From NCBI RefSeq assembly GCF_011386835.1, contig NC_088805.1:29760001-29824000 (forward strand): 64,000 nucleotides of DNA. The letters are read 5' to 3'. The position numbers and the translations under genes are program-made. The DNA is from Chrysemys picta bellii. Its lineage: Eukaryota. Below, one piece after another: positions 58,205-64,000 of this stretch (the first letter of the stretch is position 1; each line of letters opens with the position of its first letter). The notes below the pieces were generated by a model. It worked only from the letters and a program-made list of their open reading frames with translations. It had not been told where the DNA came from and searched no databases.

Positions 58205-61200
58205 GTAAGTAGGAGAAGCGAATGGGGCTCTAAGCGAAGGACCCCGCACACACCTCCAGTTTGCAATGATGTAAATCAGGAATAACCTCACCAGAGCCAA
58301 GGAAGTGACTGGTGTAACACGGGTGCAAGTGGGGAAGGATCAAGCGAAGAGTCCTTCCAGAGCTCTGCATTTGCTTCAGAATAGTTATGTTAAAAATCAT
58401 ACTCAATCCATTTTAATCCAGCGTAATGTAATAATTGCTTGTGTCCAAACTACAAGAGGTGAAATTTACAGCTTGTATCTTTGCCCTACAAAAAGTAGGT
58501 TCTAAATCCCAGGAGAAGGCCATGCTGAGGATCTCTAAATTTCTCCTTTCGCTTAATCTGTAACCTGCCAGGGTTTTATCCCCTGGTGGAAGCTTTATCT
58601 GTACAAATCCTATGCGTGGACTTTCTGGGAGATTTGTATGCGGTTGGCCCGGCAGTGTCAGGATTTGACGCCACTGTTTCTAAACAACAAGTCACTGCTT
58701 CCCGTTTTAAAATGGTGGGACAGATTCTTAGCTGCTGTGGTGGCCATCACTCCACTGAAGCGAATGCAGCAAGACTGATTTACACCAGCTGAGGGTCGGG
58801 GTCAGGGTCAGTTCCTACCCATGTTCTTGAGGTTGGTGGGCAAGTTTCTTCTCACTGGACTGGAGAGGGGAATAGGAAAAGTGTGTATTCCCGACCTTGG
58901 AATGTGTGTCCCGAGGGGAAGAGAGCAGAGAAAACAATGAGCCTGGAGGACCATGGGGGAGGCTGCGGTGGGAAGGAGAGGGGACGGAGGAGTGGGGCCA
59001 GAGAAATTGTGGGATGGGGGAGGTGAAAGTGCATGGGCAAGAGAAAGAAGATCTAGAAAAAGAAAGGGGCTCTTGAATAAAAAATGCGGCCTTGGGAAAG
59101 AGGCCCAAAGAGAGGAGGATGGGGCATAGGACTTTCAAGAGAACAAATTGTAACTCTGCTTAACCTTGAGGGGGAATTTGAATGGTCCCATAGCTCCATG
59201 AGATCACTGAAGAGTCACGCAGCTTATTCTTCAGTCCTTGGCCCCTCTGCTGACACTGCCAACAAAGGCTGGGGTTGATAATCCTGGAGACCCCATGGTC
59301 TAGGCATTGGACATAGGCTACCCAAGAGCCTTTGGGTGACCATGAGCCCACCCCATGACCCAAGAGCCATTAGGCTTCATGAGTTTGGTCACACTGGTAA
59401 CCCAGGGCCAGATTTCACCCTTGTTGGTTCTTATTTTATTCAAACAAGTAAACGGGCTTGATGGCGGAGGGAGGATGTTCACCCAGAGTGCTACAGAGGG
59501 TGAGCTGAATACTGCCCTCTGGGCAGTCGACGTTCTGTCTGGTGCTACACCTCAGCCCTGCATGAAGGAGATTTCCTTGCTATCACCCGCAACAAACCCA
59601 TCCCTCAGGACCATCAGCAGCTGCCTAAGAAGGGAAGGAGGAGTGGGGCTGGACAAAAAGCTTGTTTTCTTTCCCTTAATGCCCTGAAAACATGGGCAAG
59701 GACAGCTCCTGCTTAGGCGGCTCCCTGCCACGTTGTCAAGGCCTTTTTCCAACCTGCGCAGACACAGTTCTGACTTGGGAATTGCAGGGTTCCTAGCGCC
59801 TGCAGGGTGAATTGGTTGAACTTGCATCTTTGGGATAATTTGGCGCCTTCTCCCAACTCTGCTCCTCGGGGGAGGGAGAATCGACTTCTACTTCAGTGTA
59901 GCTCCCTTGGTGTCAATGGGGCTACCCCCATTGACACCAGCTGAGAGTTGGCCCCTGGGGTAGGGTCTCTCTGGCCCAGACTGCACACCAGTCAAGTGTT
60001 TTGCTGAGCAGTGAAACATCTGGGTGGGAAAGTAGCAGCATTATGCCAGCCAGTTACAAGGTCAACTACCTATCTTGATGCTTTAATCCATATAGATGAC
60101 TCCATAGGGTCTCTTCCATGCCAGACTTTTACTACACTGGAGCAGGCAAATGTTAACATGTGCCGTGAGAGTTTTACCAGGGTTTAATCTATTGGATTTG
60201 AATGTTAATTTTTAAAAAATGAAAGAAAGAAAACAAGCAAACAAGCAAACTTACTGGTGGATCTCTGAGCAGAAATAACAGATTAATGCTTCACCTCCAG
60301 CAGTAGACTGGTGGCCAAGAACCTGACCCCCACATGGGAAAATGTAGAATGTGTTAGAGGACACTGCAGATTCCATACCATAGTAATGGGGGAAGGTAGT
60401 TTCCTTCCTGACCCCAGCTGTGGTCACAGTTTATGTCCTGATGCATCAGGATTGTTCATTTTTCTGATGGCTCATATAACTGCAGATGTTAATCATGTAA
60501 AGGTCGAACCATCTGCAGCAGGGAGTTCATCACCAAACAATCCCTATAGCTTACATAGGGCTACATCGCCACCCCCAAAACAGGGAGCCGTGCATGGGGA
60601 GTTCCTTATAATATGCTGTTACGAACCAATGAAACTCCATTGTCTGGCTTCCTGGGACTCAGTTGCTATGAGCTCTAAGGATGCCCAAACATATGCTTAA
60701 ATGGCTGTCCTCTAATGAGGCCCTCCCGTCCTGCATCCGCTGACACTGGAGGTCTCCCTGCTGTCACATTTCAGTGGCATAGACGGACGTAGCTCAAACA
60801 GATGCCTGGCAAATGGGAGGCTAAGAAAGGGATTTGAAAACAGCCTATCTAGACTCCGCAGCTTTCCCTGGCTGTGTCTCCATCTCTACCCCAGTGAACA
60901 TGCTCCCTCAGCTGCTCGACAGACCAGACAGCCCCACTAAAAGCCATTAGATTCCCTGCGCTCTGTACAAGAGCAGCAGCTCCCACCACAGCCCTGCTTT
61001 GTTCTTGCTCCCCTGAGAGCTTGGCTCTCGGAGGTGTAAATAAAATCCTGAGCACCGAGCCCCTTGATTAACCCGGCGCCGCCACAGCCCTGGGTGTTAA
61101 ATTGCCTGTCAGGCTCTGAATGTTCCCTCATAACTCTGCACTTTAAAATCCAAATGAGGTCACAGAAGATGCAGTCTGTGGGCTTTTAGTAACCTTACTC

Positions 61201-61776
61201 TGGGTGACAAACTCACAAATTACCAGAGCAGCATCAGGCCATGATTCTAAGAGGAGGATCATAGCTCCCGCTATATTACACCCTGCACTAGCAAAGAGCT
61301 CGGCAATTTCCAGCCCCGTGGTTTGGAATGCAGGGCCACAGCGGGGTGAGGAGGCGCTGGACATGCTAGAACTCTGGTTGGGTTGGTTTTTGTCAAAGCC
61401 AAGCTGCCGTTGCCAGCAATGCAGTGCTGTGACGGGCTCGCAAGGAGTAATAACACCTCTCCCCTCGCCCGGCTCCACTCCAGGCCTGGTTACAGAGCTC
61501 ATGGCTGCAGTGGAGTGACTGCTGGTTTGCAGGAGTGCAGCTGACAATGGAATTTGGCCCACAGAACATTTCATTTACAAAGCAGTGTGTGCCCTGAACC
61601 GAATTAGCCCTCGCTGCGTGGAGAGGGGTGTGTGCCAAGATAGCCAATGGGAGATGCCAAGGAGAGGGGTGTCTCCTAAGGCCCACCCAGTGGCACCAGC
61701 AAAGGCGCTTACGGACCTTTTAACATGGAAATGTAAATGCCTAGTGAGTTTAGACACCTACAGGGTCAGATGGGCC

Positions 61777-61794
61777 GGGGGGGGGGGGGGGGGG
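61777..61794 (+). repeat. G18 homopolymer
   Basis: Read directly; length may be affected by assembly error. Confidence 0.85.
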
Positions 61795-61854
61795 AGGTTG
61801 TACATTGCAGTGGTGCCAAAACTGGGGTGCCCAACTCCTTTTGTGCATCTAGGC

Positions 61855-61955
61855 CTTAGTCTCGCTGTGCCTCTGTTCCCCATCTGTACAATGGGAACAA
61901 TAGCAGGCATTAAAGATTGTGAGGCGCTCCGGTGATGGGGGCCACCGAAGTACCA
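61855..61955 (+). mobile_element. CORE-SINE fragment
   Basis: ctgtgcctctgttccccatctgtacaatggg core motif. Confidence 0.55.
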
Positions 61956-62289
61956 TGGATAGATAGAGAGCAGTCTGCCTGTGCAGATCGCAGGGCAGAA
62001 TCAGGGCCTAAGAGTAAACCTACCCCCTTGGGATTTAGCTAGAAGTGGTCACTCTTGTAATGCACAGCACTTTTCCAGCTCCTGACCCAGAAAGGAGTCA
62101 TGAGAGAGAGAGGGGGAAGAGCTACTGTCACCCCAAAGACTTGTGAACTGCCCCCAAACACCCATGCCGTTATTCCTGTTTTACTGGGAGGGGTGGGGCA
62201 GCTTCTGGACAAGTACAGCCGCAGCTCAGCTGCTAAACCCAGCTCCGGATTCTGATCCTCCGAAGTGACTGTGGAGAGACTCCAGCCTC

Positions 62290-62453
62290 CAGGGCTGTCA
62301 GGCAGCCTCCCAGCCCGGCACTAGCAGGACTCCAGCTAGCGCACTAAACAGCCGTGTGGCTGGCGTGAGCCCCCCAAACTCACACCCCAGCTGAGCTAGT
62401 GTGAGTCGACACGGGCCGGGAGGCTGGAGTGTAGCTACAGTGTAGACAGACCC
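62290..62453. mobile_element. PIF/Harbinger-type MITE remnant
   Basis: Ends agctacagtgtagacagaccc, matching the AGTGTAGAC-NNN-CCC terminus; left end not resolved. Confidence 0.5.
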
Positions 62454-62738
62454 TTCGATAACCACTGAACTTGGGAGAACGAAAGGAACCACTTGCCCAG
62501 GCCGCTGTACTCAATCACTGACCCAGCGTTAATAAGCACGGGCCTGACCGTGCTGCCCCTGCAGATGATGGGAGCTTTGCCCTGAACTCTGATGGCAGCA
62601 GAAATGGGCCCTATGTCTGGGGCTGAGTGGGTGGGGATCAGGAAGCCGGTGGGCGCGGGTGGCAGCGGGCAGGCGGCAACGGGCTGCACATCCCAGCCTC
62701 CTGGCCTGCTGAGCAGCTCTGTCCCTTGCTCCCCCCAG

Positions 62739-62913
62739 GAATACCCGCTGGCAGCCCTGGGGGGGGCCTCCTGCCACTGCGGCTTCCCCACAACGTTCTT
62801 CACCCTCCACGAGCGCGAGGACGAGCAGCTGTGCGCCCAGAAGTGTGGTGGCGAGGAGTTCGAGAGCTGCGGGACCGCCGAGTACTTCATCGTGTACCAG
62901 ACGCAGGTGCAAG
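62739..62913 (+). CDS. WSCD2: WSCD2 coding exon 5 (second half of WSC domain 2); gene continues beyond the window
   Basis: Acceptor cccttgctccccccAG. Reads EYPLAALGGASCHCGFPTTFFTLHEREDEQLCAQKCGGEEFESCGTAEYFIVYQTQVQ. Donor AAG|GTAGAG; 175 nt, phase 0 to 1. Confidence 0.96.
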
Positions 62914-63496
62914 GTAGAGAGCGTCGCGCCGGGCTCTTTGCTCTGACAGCGTGTGTCTGCTGGGGAGGCAGCGGGAGAGGTGTCTAACTCTCCTCTTTCA
63001 GCAAGAGCAATGACTCCGGGAACCCCGGAGCGCGGCTGCTCAGCTGGAGTTCAGCGAATGCTGGATAGTTATTGCTACTTGCCTGTGGTGTCTTCTTCCC
63101 TGCAGAGGGGCTGGAGAGCTGGTGCATGCTCGCGCGATACTCCAGCCAGGTGGCTGACCGGAGACACGCTATCTGGGCTCCACCCCCTCCGCTGAGAATA
63201 GGGCCATTCCCTCTCTGACTCACAAAGAGTTTTGCTCAGTGGTTTTTGACTCCCCGCTGCCTAGCCGAATGCTGATCCTTGGTGGCCCGCCATTGCCCAC
63301 CTCCCATTCATCGGTGCACCCTCTACTTGGGGTTGGGCTGATTGGACATGCAGTACAATGCATGTTCACAGCAGTCTTTGTTACAAAGGGCCCGTGCACT
63401 GGCGGGAATACTCTGCCATATATTGAGCATGTTCATTTCCCTTCAAAGTCAGCAAGGAGAATGTTTTGATTATAGGGCTTTGATGTGAGCCCCGCT

Positions 63497-63619
63497 TAGG
63501 GTAACCAGACAGCAAGTGTGAAAAATCAGGACAGGGATGGGGGGTAATAGGAGCCTATATAAGAAAAAGACCCAAAAATCGGGACTGTCCCTATAAAATC
63601 AGGACATCTGGTCACCCTA
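63497..63619. mobile_element. hAT (Blackjack-like) MITE, 123 bp
   Basis: TIRs TAGGGTAACCAGA / TCTGGTCACCCTA; perfect 8-bp TSD GCCCCGCT at 63489-63496 and 63620-63627. Confidence 0.93.
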
Positions 63620-64000
63620 GCCCCGCTCCCTAGCAAAGGACAACGAGCACCATTAAATCAGAGGTGCCTGCTTGGAGCGCAGCCTGGGACAATGGTTCTC
63701 CAGCTATCTCAGTCTGCAGACCTCCCAGGACGGGAAGGTCACCTGATGGTGGCCACCTTTACTGAGACCCCAGGACTTTGTGAATCTACATTCAGCCTGG
63801 CAGGTGGGCTCTACAGAGCTAGACTAACCCCCACCCCCCACCCCAATTGCCCGGTGCTAGCCTCTGGTGGGGCTCTTGGAGGAATTCTATGGGGGCAGAC
63901 TCTACTTCCATTGTTTAATGGTCCTAATCTGGGTCACAGGGTGGAGCTGCCCTGAACATTACACCGACAACTGGTTCCTCTGCCCCAGCTGTGTTTCCGG

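Noticed and set aside
62904-62912. Alternative donor CAG|GTGCAA 7 nt upstream of the exon 5 donor
   Set aside because: Weak consensus, would frameshift, and the conserved QVQ peptide requires the downstream site.
62435-62987. Several overlapping ORFs on both strands around coding exon 5
   Set aside because: Shadows of the GC-rich real exon 62739-62913.
1-64000. CRISPR arrays, prokaryotic operons, endogenous viral genes, intact transposase or RT ORFs
   Set aside because: None seen: no regularly spaced repeat-spacer array, and all repeat-derived coding remnants are truncated or interrupted.

Overview
Vertebrate genomic DNA, almost certainly a turtle (inferred from tortoise-type Pol III/SINEs, turtle-type CR1 LINE ends, Penelope, hAT and PIF/Harbinger MITEs). 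The window holds the 5' part of one gene, WSCD2, on the + strand. It encodes a type II membrane protein with two WSC domains, described as a sialate O-sulfotransferase. Five coding exons (15870-16251, 39593-39707, 43757-43941, 58083-58204, 62739-62913) join through GT-AG introns with consistent phases (1,2,1,0,1) into 326 codons plus 1 nt. The sulfotransferase exons lie beyond the right edge, and I could not locate a promoter or first non-coding exon. The rest is intronic or upstream DNA rich in old and young repeats. I see no sequence support for a new multi-gene system, and nearly all other ORFs in the track look like noise. The best leads are post-transcriptional and repeat-derived: a uORF-dense 5' leader, a recursive-splice-like AG|GT site, two cryptic exon candidates (one beside a UG tract, one microexon-like), inverted CR1 ends flanking coding exon 3, an LF-SINE with a duplicated A-box, and several nested or non-canonical insertions. 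Repeat family names and protein comparisons are from recalled consensus sequences, not database searches.
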